From: Bigelowiella natans CCMP2755
Taxonomy: Eukaryota; Protista; Cercozoa
Direction: 5' to 3'
NCBI GenBank assembly: GCA_000320545.1
Contig: ADNK01001965.1
Location: forward strand, 83,898-147,897
Length of the DNA: 64,000 nt
Position 1 is the stretch's first letter. Each line of letters begins with the position of its first letter. The notes below the pieces were generated by a model that was given only the letters and a program-made list of their open reading frames with translations, was not told the DNA's origin and did not search any database. Shown here in pieces: positions 1 through 11,642 of the stretch. The translations under genes were made by a program, and so were the position numbers.

Positions 1-170
1 TGATGTTCCCGATGGTGATAATGATAATGATGATGATGATGATGATGTGTCGGTTTCTTTTTCCTCGATTGTACATGTCCCTGTTGCATCATAACCATCG
101 TTATTATGGTCGTCACTGACGCCGTTGTGGTTGTTGTATCTGTTGTTGTGTGGCTTCTGTCGCTGCGTAG

Positions 171-798
171 GTGTACTGGGTTGCCTACGAATCGTGGCAG
201 ATGAAATGGGACGACATCTACAGGGTAGTTCTGTCTGGATGCATTGGAGAAGGAAGAAGAAGAAGAAGAAGAAGCGATATACGGATTTCGATCATGATGA
301 TAATGATGATGATGAGAGTACGATAAAGTGGCTGAATGACCTTGAATCGTTTTCGTTGCTGTTTTGATTTGGTCTCATTCTTTTCTCTCCCCCCCTCTTT
401 CACCCTACTCTTCCCTCATTTCGCGCTGAAACAATAGACCGGCGCCTGGGTGCTGATAACGAACGGATTGATGAGTTTCCTTCTTAACTGCTCCTCTGTC
501 CTCCTCATCAGTACGGCCCGCCAACAAAGAGACTATACAAACGCACTTATACAAACACACAACACACACACACACACACACACGCGCGCGCGCACGTCGC
601 TTTGCACTGCCAATCTAACTCCTGTTATCACCATCAACTCAAAAAAATCATTGCTTCAGGCTATTCAAATGTGATGATCCTGGCACTTGCTGGAATTGTC
701 AAGGTGAGATATAAAGAGATCATCCCCTCATAACAACAACCATCATCATCATCTTCATCACCATCATCATCTTCATCATAATCACCATTGTGTAATAA

Positions 799-834
<36 letters not shown>

Positions 835-2561
835 ATTACGTCTCCCTATCACCATTCTGATTACCTAGGACGTCTTGATTGTGATCGGCTCCTGTTTCGT
901 TTTTGCTACCGTTATTACGAATCTGCAGTACGTGGGGTAGTTGCCTCTCACCATCATCCCAGATGCCTTTTAATGGATTGCTTCCTTGTTTCCCTGTTGG
1001 TATTGAGAAAACAGCGAACAAACTGATTTTTTGTTGTTTTCTCAAGGTACGTTGTGGCTCTGAGCGGCGTCTTTGCGTACAAGGTTCGTGCATGTGTGTG
1101 TGTGTGTGTGTGTGTGCGTGTGTGTGTGTGTGTGTGCCAGAATGCACAACTGCAACACTCCTCCACCTCCTCCTCCTTTTATTTCCTGTCTCAGACCTCT
1201 TTCTCATCCTCTTCTTTCTCTTACTCCATGTTTTGTCCCAATTATACTTGTCTTCGCAGCTGTACACCTCGGCGGCATTGCGGGTATTACAATAGTAGTG
1301 GTAGTAGTAGAGGTAGCAGCAGCAGTAGTAGTAGTATTCGTAGCAACAAGACACCGCTAATTTAAATTATCTCTGCTTAAGTCTCAACGCACATGATTAT
1401 GGTCGTTCTTCTCTGCGTCTAGTACACACTTTGATCACTGCCTCTCCTTGCAATAAAATCATGCACCTTGGCCATATTACTAACTCCATCATTTCTCCCG
1501 ACCGACAGCTTGCCTTCATGGACCTCTTTGAGAGCGCCCGTGGCCTGTGCTGCCACCCATCGTCTCAACCGCAGCGAAAGAGCCCGGTATTACAGTGGCT
1601 CTTTGTGCAGAGGGAGGGGTTGGGAGCAGAAGAGGAGGAATTGATGAGGATGATGATGAGAATGATGATGACAATGTGCATTCCTGCACGGTCAATGTGG
1701 TAGTATACACGCAGCCCCCAGATAGACAACGAGCAGCGGCTTCAGTTCTCTTCTATTGTTGTCGGCTTTGTGTGCGGAGAATGATTTTCTCGCTGTCGTT
1801 ACAGTGAATAGAATCACGCCCCCCCCCGCTCCTACTCCTCATCCTCCTCCACATCATCATCATCATCATCATCACCGTATCTTTCTCAGGAGTCTGCAAA
1901 GCGTCTTTTGGACGATAGCGAACAAGACGAAGCTGTAGAACAAGGTATCGAAATGGCTATCGAAAGGAGAAAGAGGCATTTTCGTCATGCGAGCCCCACT
2001 ATATTAATATGCGCATGGACCTCGGTCTTTGAGAGACGGTTGCTGGAGTGGAGGCGAGGACGATAATGCTGACTGTGACAATGATGATGATGGATGATGA
2101 TGGATGATAATTGACACACTTGCAGCTTCTACGTTCTATTAACTACCCACCTGAGCGTGCTGTGGTGTCGTCCAACAGGTGGTAACGGAGCATCGGTGTT
2201 ATCGAAGGAGGAGCTCTTCCAGGCTGAGAAGATTGCTGCTGGTAGCGACCCGCGTGCATTTATGATGACGATGATGTTGTTGTTCTTGTTGATGATGATG
2301 ATGATGATGGCATGGCCTTTCAATTTTCCACTGGAGACTGCGCAATGTGTGAGTGAAGGCAAAATTGCGCGTGTTGCGCCAACGATACCGCTCTGGAACA
2401 CTGGCGATGCATACGCAACAAATGTGATGCGCATTTTTGAGCACGAACACCAACAATGCTTGCAAGTCTTCGGAGGATATCGATTGAGCTCTAATTTGGT
2501 TTTGATGTTCCACATCGTAGCTGCTTCAATCAAGCATTCGTCTGCTGTTCCACCCTCTTAA
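171..2561 (+). CDS. Triose-phosphate/nucleotide-sugar transporter (TPT/SLC35 family), 3' part, multi-exon; 5' end outside window; C-terminal extent uncertain
   Basis: Spliced exons read VYWVAYESWQMKWDDIYR|TGAWVLITNGLMSFLLNCSSVLLI|SYSNVMILALAGIVK|DVLIVIGSCFVFATVITNLQYVG|YVVALSGVFAYK, matching the TPT C-terminal 'LAGxxKDxxxI...T.LQ..GY..AL.G..Y' pattern. All junctions GT-AG. Confidence 0.8.
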
Positions 2562-3252
2562 ATCTCCCAGAAGAAAATGCACAATGTACATGAGCTCGTT
2601 GCTGCTGTATTCGCTTACACTAGCACCAATGAAAGCGTGCTCTGCAAAGATTAGCTAAAAATTAGGTACGGTTCGATGTTTTTCCTGCTTAATATTGCAC
2701 CAAATTAGCTTTTTCAATGACTTCATTTCAAACCATTATAAAGTAAATGTTCATTAAGAACACACTCAAACAGTGCACATGAATGTTCGTGCATGGCCGA
2801 TGCACGAATTTTCAATTGTAATGAGGGCACATGTAGCAATGTTGTTACTTAACCGCATACGTAACATAGTTGCTAAGCTGTACTCAATGACACACATAAT
2901 AACCTCCAATTCAGCATGTGTCATGCACCTATATACGCATAATGCGACCATAATATACATGACACGTGCTGCTACTTGCATGCGTGATGCGTCCCTCATT
3001 AGTTTGCATGAACTTTGCAAGAGTATATATAAAGAGCACGTGTGCGACCCGCGTGGCCGATCGAGTTGAACAACGGGCAACTACACATGCGCCAAGCATG
3101 CATGACAATAATGCGCAAAATATGATGTGTGAATCGTGTACAATAATTTTATGGATAGCATGTAAAACCCAAGAAATCCTAGGAAATCCTCCGGTTTGCC
3201 GGGAATTATGATATAAATAGTAAGACACGATGTGCAACAGTCCGTGCTGCAT

Positions 3253-4313
3253 CTAACACTCAATACTTGCTCCCTTTTTTCGCCCATTCTCTAGGAACTT
3301 TCCTTTGGAAAGAGTTTTCACGCCTACATATACGAGATAGAACAAGGTGAGTGAAGCAAAAAAATGAGACAATCAACCTTAGATTTGGGCAATGATCTCA
3401 GATATAGAGACGCACACGGAAAGCAAGGGTATAAGCTAGGCAAAACGGAATGATTATGCGAAGTTTATTGTTCGTTTTTGCACGAAAAGAAACCAGGTTG
3501 AATCTACAGCACCTTCAAATGTGTTTGCCTTCGTCGGAACCACAGCGAAGGCAGAAATCTACCCGTATTCCCGTACAACATTTGGACCAATATGAACGTT
3601 TTGCCAATTGGAGCATTAAACAGTGAGGCGACCTTCAGTTTCTCGAGAACATGTTTTTCCTTCGTCTCCAGTTTGTGCACACCATTGTCGTTATCAAGAT
3701 AATATACCTAAAATTTAGACAGTTGCTCCGAGCCTCACAGGTGGTGATGAAAGGACCAAATTTTACATCTGCATTCTCTTGGAACATTTCAAGCTCCCCT
3801 TTGTATTCCTTAGCTGTTTTCAAATACTGTGTGAATCCTGATTGTAGAATAAGGTTTCTTACGAGATTGATACTGATGTGTGTGTGTGATAAAGCGAATG
3901 TTGCTGGGAGTGAGACTTGGATTTATATGTTCAAATAAGTGGCACCTTCGTAGTATCTCCGAATATTCGTTGCTTGAATTTCTCCTGAAAATCACCCCCA
4001 GGATTATGTCCAAAGCCGTCTTCATGATGTAAAACCTTACGAATGATCTCCGTCCTCCCTCCATATCTTTTGTACTTGAAGCCTGGCACAGATTTGTTTG
4101 GCTTGAAGAACGCCAGGATTTCCTCCTTGAACTCCCCATTCTTCTTTGTCCACTACACACACAGAAACAAACTGTGAAAACAGCAGCTTTGATGAGAACA
4201 AAGCGCGGCCTCAAGCATCCACACGCAACCTGCTCGAACAGCTGTCCGTGACTTGCGTCGGAAAAGGTGAGGTAGCATCCATCAGGGAGCTCCTGCTTGG
4301 AATCGCCCGACAT
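3253..4313 (-). CDS. Immune mapped protein (IMP1/IMP2-like) family protein
   Basis: Spliced: MSGDSKQELPDGCYLTFSDASHGQLFEQ|WTKKNGEFKEEILAFFKPNKSVPGFKYKRYGGRTEIIR...RRYYE|GFTQYLKTAKEYKGELEMF...ISAFAVVPTKANTFE|GVKTLSKGKFLENGRKKGASIEC*. Matches IMP2 N- and C-terminal domain motifs (GCYL, F.P...VP.FK...GG..E, YY.G...F/Y.K.AK, AVVP). Confidence 0.75.
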
Positions 4314-4566
4314 GTTCTATTAGTCTCCCTCGCTGACGGGCTGACGGGGCTTTGAGGAATCGGCGACAAAAGCGAGGACATGGCGTTTTAGTTCCAAAAA
4401 CCCTGAATTTCGTTGTCGCAACGCCAGAATCCTGGACGACTAGATCCCATTTATGCATTTATGTCCCGGAACGCCCAAAGGGAGAGTCTCCAGTGAAGAA
4501 CTGACACGTGTGGCACGTTTCCCCCCCCCCCCCCCCACAAGGGGCTCTCGCAATAATCCCGTTGGT

Positions 4567-5564
4567 ATGAGCCATCGTGCCGCCACGCGGGGAGCTAATG
4601 AGGATGGGACGATCGAACTGAGATGTTTAGACAACAGTGACGCTGACAGAACGCATCCCACTGCACATGAGCAATCTAACAGTGATGCAAAGCAAGACCG
4701 TCGCGGGCTAATCCTTGTTCTTTTAGGGTAGCAGTAACCCATTCTGAACAAATAAATCGTTGACAGGTATTGATATATACTCAGGACATGTTCATTCACG
4801 TGCGTAGCAGCCCTGAGCAGTGCGATGACGCGCCATTTCGCCGCCGTTGAAATACAGTTGATTCGGTATCTTGGGCTCATGGTGCTTTCTATGGCTGCTT
4901 TAAGGTGCTGTCGCATTCCAGGTGTGTGGAGACCTTTTCCATTCCCCAAATATTTCGATATTATGCGACTCTCACTGATTACCTTCGGACTCAGGAGGAG
5001 TGCTAGGCCCAAGATCCACCCGAGGGTTGGTACTTCTACGAAGCGTGCTGTACTCCGCACACACGATGTTCATGCTGGAGGCCTTTGTTCGACTGCGCTT
5101 CGACGAAGCCACCGCAATTTTGTTTTCTTTTCCAGTATGGACAATGATATTTAGCTACTTCGTGCTCAATGAGCGAATCAGTGTTTGCTGGGTCTTATCA
5201 GCCACGGCCATTGTCTCGGCGCTATTGTTGATAGTGAAGCCGAACAAGCAGCAGTATCAGCGCTTGTACGGGTTTCTAATGGCATTTTTGGGCTCCATCT
5301 CCTTTTCTCTCCAAGTGGTGTGTGTCAAATACACGGGACCCGTAGTGCACTGGTGCCAGTTTGAGTTTCTGTCAGGGTATGAATACATAATGCTACGTTT
5401 TTTGATAATACCTGGGCAGTCTGTTGGCTGGTATTGGCAACCTGGAAAAGAGAGCAACTGTGCATGATATCCAATGAGCGAACATGATTGTGGTGGTGTA
5501 CTCGATGGTGATTCGATGCCATCGATCATGGTGATGCTGAAAAAGATCGATATTTATGACGACA

Positions 5565-5599
<35 letters not shown>

Positions 5600-6362
5600 A
5601 GTAGTGAAGGATCCACAAAGGAGGTATTACACTCAGGCTTGTGTGTACTTGCGTCTTGTGTCCAATTGTGGCACTTGGGATCTATCTGAAAGCGTCCCCG
5701 AGCGAATTCGAGATGCGGCAAATCTGGGTTACTCCGAGTGGTCTGGACGTCCTGAAATTCGTCGCTTTAGGTTTGGGCGTGTTCACCTCTCTTGGATTGA
5801 TAACTAGGGGGATACAGCTGTCAAATGTGGTCCTAGCAACCATGTGCATGTATCTAGAACTCCCTCTCACATTTCTCTTCCAAACGCTGTTTTTCAGTGA
5901 CAACGAGAACAACCAGGTAGTAGAACCCGCCCCGCGATTTGATATAATGCTCCTTATCCGTACCGCTAGAATATAATAATTCAAACATGTCAGGATCTAA
6001 TGGATTGGATCGGTATGGTGGTAATTGTGGTCTCCGTGATCACAAACATGACTGTTGAAAGTCTCATTTCCCCGGGAAATCCAATACGTCAGCCCTTCTC
6101 TCCCCAAATCTTACTTTCGTTGGCGACTCGCGCTTTGGCATCTCCATGTGAAAATGTTCGTTTTTGCTGCTATGGCGAATCCAATTCAGCTGATAACAGC
6201 ATTGGAGGGTGTGTTTCAGTTGATGAGTCTGAGCTGAAGCAGCAGGAAGACAATCCTGATGATACTGACGATGTGGAAGGGGAGAGATTTGAGTTAAGTA
6301 ATAAAAAGGGGTTAGCATTGTCCCTGCAAGATCGGGACAACGACAATGAGCCACTTTTGTAA
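4567..6362 (+). CDS. EamA/DMT-family transporter (SLC35G-like), multi-exon
   Basis: Multiple TM segments. Motifs include 'EIQLIRY', 'LGPRSTRGLVLLRS', 'EATAILFSFPVWTMIFSYFVLNERI', 'LLLIVKP' and 'TMCMYLELPLTFLFQTLFF'. Acidic C-terminal tail. Confidence 0.85.
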
Positions 6363-7496
6363 ATTGTGCGCGACGTGGAAATGTTCACACAACAAGACCT
6401 GTTGCCTTTGGGTTTTCACTACGCCAGCTAATCTTTCACAACAGCGAAGTGCAAGAAAGCGGTATGGAAGCGGTGATGATGTTTGTAGCGAGAAGCAGCT
6501 CGTGATTGTGGTTGCAGCGGTCGCAGCAGCAGCAGCAGATGTAGCAGTCGTCGTCTTCGTGACAGTGGTGAGTGGTGAGCAATGAAGCAGCGATGATGTC
6601 GTCAGCAAATTGTGAGCCAACATTCAACGCGTGCACGGAAAGTTTCAATTAATGCCTTGCACGAGCATGCAATGGTCATTGAATTTCACACAGCGTCAGT
6701 GCTTTGTCAATGATCTTGCAAACAACATCTTCACCTCGCCATTTTGGTCAACAAAGTCACGGAAGCACAACACCGGGCTTCACTCATTTCATTGATCTGC
6801 GAACGAAAAGGCATGGCAACAGAGCAAATGCGGTCCAAGCGAGCGAGGCCCGCACGCGAACATTGTGCGAGCAAGGAGAGGAGAAGTGTGGAAGGAAGGA
6901 TGAGGGCTGGTCGCACAATGCAAAGCAGTTTCAGATGTGGACATTGTGGACCATCATGGACTTGGTCATTGCGTGTGTCACACGTGTTGGCCCAAGGTGA
7001 ATCAATGATTTTTGTGACTGTCCATTCAAGCATTTGAAATTCGCAACCATGCGCATTCTTGAGCGAAGAAGAAGAGGTGTTTCTGGCAACATTTGTGAAC
7101 ATGAAAACTGCATCACGCACTGAGTGCGCTGCACGATTGCACAAACAAAGTGATTCCCACTGAGTGAACACATGCATGGGTGAAGCTATTCCTCAGGAGC
7201 AGCTGAGAGGATCATGAGTCACGCCAACTCATCCGTGACCTCTCCAATCAACAATTGTGAAGCCTCCCTGGAACATGAAACAAGCAGTTCCAGATTGAAA
7301 CAATCACAGGTTGCGCTGACTGCTATTGCGTTAGAGTCGTCTCCGTTTTTGCATGTCGCAGAGACCACATCGCCTGAGTTTATAGGCCGTTTTTTTTTCC
7401 AGAAAACCACATGGGCTGTGCTCCCAGAAAAATGCACACACAAAACACAACCACCACACCCCTGCTCTCACGCCCCTCTTCGCTGGGGGGATTTCG

Positions 7497-9562
7497 ATGC
7501 CTCTTCGGACTGCCAGGGTCCTTCGGACCTCCTCCCGCTCGTGGAGGTTTTCAAATCGTTGTTTCATTTCCTGGCCGGCGCTCCCCCTCTGTCGAACGCG
7601 CCGCCATTTCTTCCCGCTAACGCGCAGCTTTGTGACCGCCCCACCGAGTAAGAGTCAGTTGATTTTTTGAGTTGAAAATTTCTCGTGGTGGTGCCATTTT
7701 AACAAATGGTACTGTTGTTGGGCCTTTAAATAGCTGAAGGTGATTCAAAGAAGGATGACGAGAAATGGACAAACGCGGACTACATTAATTCGAACGCATC
7801 GCAGGTTTGCACTTGTTTTGCGTGTTTTGAAGCAGAAGGTAACTAACACTGTGGTTGCAGACCGTCATTCTTGCTTTCGGATCGGCCATTCTAGGTCTCC
7901 TAAATCCGCATAGAGCTGATTTGATTGCAGTAAGTACCCTGCCTGACTATTAACGTGTGGAGAGCTGAGATTCAGAGAAACACATTCATTCTTACGCCGA
8001 TCTTTTTGATTTGTGTAGATATTAGGCGAGACGACTGGTAGCGTCGCATTGAATCGAATAAAGGTCCTCCTTGTCAACGAATTATGATTTTTCATGATGA
8101 AAAAGGCAAATATTTTTCTTATTCTTCTTCTTCCTCCTCCTCTTCTTCTGCCTTAAGAGCTCAATGGAGCGGACGCTCGAGGGAAGGCTCATTCTGGAAC
8201 AAAAACCTCGAGTGAATTCGAAGGTAGCGTCAAGCAAGATATCCCCGAACAAACTAAATCGTTCACGCACGCCTGTCACCGATTGCAGACGGTACCATTG
8301 GAAGCTTTACTAGAGCAGGATCCGAACACGTTTGGGTAAGGAAAGTGCCGTTCAAATTGCAAGATGCAAGAGTTGTTTGCTGGAAACATAAAATGCGTAT
8401 AAAATGTTGTGTCAGATATGCGTATAAAATGTTGTGTCAGATATGCGTACGCTAGATTCATGACTGGGCATGGGTACTTCTTTGATAACTGTTCTAAACA
8501 ATCACCCTACAAGGGAATAAAACCAATAATGAAGATCGCCATGATGCCATACTGCTTTTGAATAATCATTGCACTGTATGTTACTATCGACACGTGTGAC
8601 GAGTCGCCCAACCATAGAGCGAGCACACTAATTGAATCTTCGCTTTCCCTTCTCAGATACTCTGCTGATGATCGGCCTGTGGTTGGAGCATATAGACCAG
8701 ACTGTGTAACATTTTGAGTCGATTCTCATCGTTCTATGTTCGCTAATCAGGTGAAGCATATTCGGGACATTGAGCTTTCTTACATCATGCAGAGGTTGAA
8801 ATTACAGTGAAAACCACCATTTTATGCCGACGCCTTGCGATTAAAGAATGAATGCGATAAATATGTGTGCAGATATCGAGAAGTCCACGATTTTTGGCAC
8901 GTATTGACTGGTATTGATTGAAGTATCATTCAAATCATCGATTTTGTTGCTGAAGATACGGGGGGGGGGGGGCTCTCAGGTGCTCCGACGACTGTTGAGG
9001 GAGAAATAGGCCAAAAGGCATTCGAGTTTCTACAGGTATTCATTACTCTGCCTTGATTCGCCTACACCTTAGCTAATAAATTGCTTATTGGCTGTTCTTT
9101 TCGTTACTCCTTTTTAAGACCGGGCTTCCTATGGCGGCTCTGAGCACTGCTGTTGGTAGATATTTTGAACCTACTTGTTCATTCGCCTATGCACAAGTCG
9201 TTATGAAACATGCCTTGGTTTCGTACACTTTAGGCCCCCTGCGTTTGACGAATAACCAGCGCAAGCGCATTCTCACTGGCTACTTGCCGTGGGCATACGC
9301 TTGTAACCAAAGATGCAATTTCCTCATGGGTACGCTTAGACCTACCACCGCCGATTACAATCCCAATCCGCAGTGAAGTGATGCCAATCAGCCAAATAAT
9401 TTGGAACTGTCTTCTCGTGTTGATGCTAGTATTATGATTGCACTTACTGTAGGGGTACGGTTTGAGGATTATTTCCAAGAAGACTTGAAGGATTTTAGGG
9501 ACATGCTTGGTGTGGTACCGGTTTCTGAATACGTGACTGAAATAGATGAAGAGACATCATGA
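7497..9562 (+). CDS. COQ4: Ubiquinone biosynthesis protein COQ4, mitochondrial, more than 10 exons
   Basis: Arg-rich leader MPLRTARVLRTSSRSWRF. Exons include LLNPHRADLIA, LGETTG, EGRLILEQKPRV, YIMQR|YREVHDFWHVLTG|APTTVEGEIGQKAFEFLQ|TGLPMAAL, containing the HDxxH-x11-E metal motif. Ends EEETS-like acidic tail then TGA. Confidence 0.92.
8393..8449 (+). repeat. 25-bp tandem duplication spanning a COQ4 splice acceptor
   Basis: atgcgtataaaatgttgtgtcagat x2 plus a partial third copy. Confidence 0.95.
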
Positions 9563-10133
9563 AAATATACCGTAGCCGATGTAATTAGCATGCTCCTGCA
9601 ATGAGGATAGCGGAGGGTTTATTTATATCAATATAAAGAGCAATGCAACCGTGCAAAGAAAAAATAGATGTATAATGCTCATTTATCACCATTATTATGG
9701 GGAGATTTATCTGCAGGACAGCTTGCAAGCTTTACTGTGGTGCGCAAGAATAAAAAGCTGCTGCACACACATGTGACGTATGTACTTTTCGTGATGACGT
9801 GACGCTGCATCATGCATTTTTGAGCCTTCACCTTTTATGCATGCATATAGCAGCCCTAGCCAGCCATATTCGAGTACGCACAGCAATGGAATTGTAGCTC
9901 GTTGGACAATCAGGCAGTGCCAACATTACTAATTAAATATACATGGACAGACGGCACACACTAGCGCATTCATTCAGGGCGACTGCAATGTGTATGCTAG
10001 AACGGAGCATGTTCGTGCTGAAGATTTAGTGTAGCACTGACGATGGGATTGTGTTGAAATCGGATGTGTTTCCCATTTCTGGCGTGAAGCAGTAAATGGC
10101 CACTGAGAGATACTGTGCTACAGATATCATGCT

Positions 10134-11468
10134 TCAGCGTATAGTTCCGCTTCCTCCCGCCGACGTTTTTGTATCTTCATTTGTTGATACTGTCAGCTAA
10201 TGATAAGGGAAATTGTTAGACAAATGAAGGGATTGAAGAGCAAGTCTCTTACCTGCGCGTATTGTGCCGCTCGGTGCCTTTGAGAGTACAGATCTTTTTT
10301 CGAAAGCTTTAAATCTTCGTACCGAACTGCGACTCTCCTAACTCGTGCAACTTTCTTCTTATTCCTTATTTGTAGAAAGATACATAGGAGTCTCTCAAAT
10401 ACATAAAAATAGTGATAGGAGTGAGTAATAAATGTACTGGTGGCCGCTGTAAAGGGGTCCGATGAGGCAGATGGCAAACTCGTTTATTATTGGGGAGGCC
10501 TGGAAGAATGCTACAAAGTCAGCGTCATTGCGAGCTACCGTCAACAAATTTCTTCAGTGCATAATAGGGAACATATTTTACAATTAAAAGGGAGAACGAC
10601 ACTACCAGCTCCGAAACTGCGCAAGCCTCGTATTCAATCTCCAACACAGCCGAATTCTGAGAGGTAAAGTCAGTGAACCTTGAGAAGCTATTAGCATGTC
10701 GATTCTACGAATCCAGACCTTGTTGAAACCCGGGGCTGATAGCGCACCGAATCTCACGACGAAATCGCTCACACGATACGCCAATCCTTGCACCCTGAAC
10801 GTGTGTCTCTTCTGGATGGCACTCTGCATTATCATCATTTCATGGCACCGCTTAGAAATAATAACGCAGAATTTTTTTTAATATGACTTGTCAGCTTCCT
10901 GAAAGCGACCAAAACTTACATGGGAATTGTCCAGAATTTTGCCAAAGTCATGGCTCGTCTCTACGACGTCAGTCTGGATACATTTACTGTGAGATTTGCT
11001 CTCAAGCTACGCAACAGTCACAGACGAAGAAGAGAGGAAGCCGGCACAGGTTACTAACCTCCTCAAGGACAAAATACTCACTATCCTTTGGGTCCGAAAA
11101 CGCAACACGACACCTAAATGTAGAAATATTCGTTTCTGTTGATTTGTTTGACAGGGCTCAATATGGATGTACATCTTCCTAGCGATAGCAGGGGCGGCCG
11201 CCCCTACACCCCGAGATTTTGTGTCGGCCTTGTCTTTTCTATAGTAAACATCCACATTTCCGACATATTCGCCGACGATCGTTCCTCCCTGATGAAACAA
11301 GAGACCGTGTTGTGCAGGTAGGATCCCCTAAGTGAACGAGTTCTGCGCGGTTATTTATTCCTCTCGTGACGTACGTACCAAATTGTTTTTGATTCGGTTA
11401 GCGATGCTTTCTATTGCCTCCACCAGCGAATCCACAGCATCCACCTGGTACAACAATCGCCATCCCAT
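10134..11468 (-). CDS. MED20: Mediator complex subunit 20
   Basis: Spliced: MGWRLLYQV...NRIKNNL|GGTIVG...|SAIQKRHTFRVQGLAYRVSDFVVRFGALSAPGFNK|NSAVLEIEYEACAVSEL|ASPIINEF...YSQRHRAAQYAQ. Matches the MED20 'G..Y...DF.V+.G....EVEY.PC' and 'Y...H...QY' motifs. Confidence 0.8.
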
Positions 11469-11642
11469 TGCCAGCTGTTGACCCTCTCCTAAGAAAGGAA
11501 TTCGATGAGGGTGGTGGATTTCGAAACGACGACTTTTCGTGTGGAGCTGAAACCAGAAACCGAAGACAACAGGTCAAAAAAACAAACCAAAAATAACCAA
11601 AGATCCTACGGATTCTCTCTTCCAATAACAGCGAATACAAAA

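Noticed and set aside
836-1365. Overlapping ORFs with CVCVCV, HTHTHT or poly-Y/C runs (also at 13658, 54191, 56205, 62695)
   Set aside because: Translations of intronic dinucleotide and trinucleotide microsatellites, not proteins.
6704-7177. Several overlapping ORFs of 80-148 aa between the EamA gene and COQ4
   Set aside because: They lie in CATG/TGCA-rich spacer sequence with Cys/His/Met-biased translations and no motif; most likely non-coding.
10605-10655. Minus-strand frame reading FGCVGD-TGA-IRGLRSF, resembling a selenoprotein redox motif
   Set aside because: The alternative frame NSAVLEIEYEAC fits MED20 and is in phase with the flanking exons. The spacing is CxxxU rather than CxxU, and I saw no SECIS.
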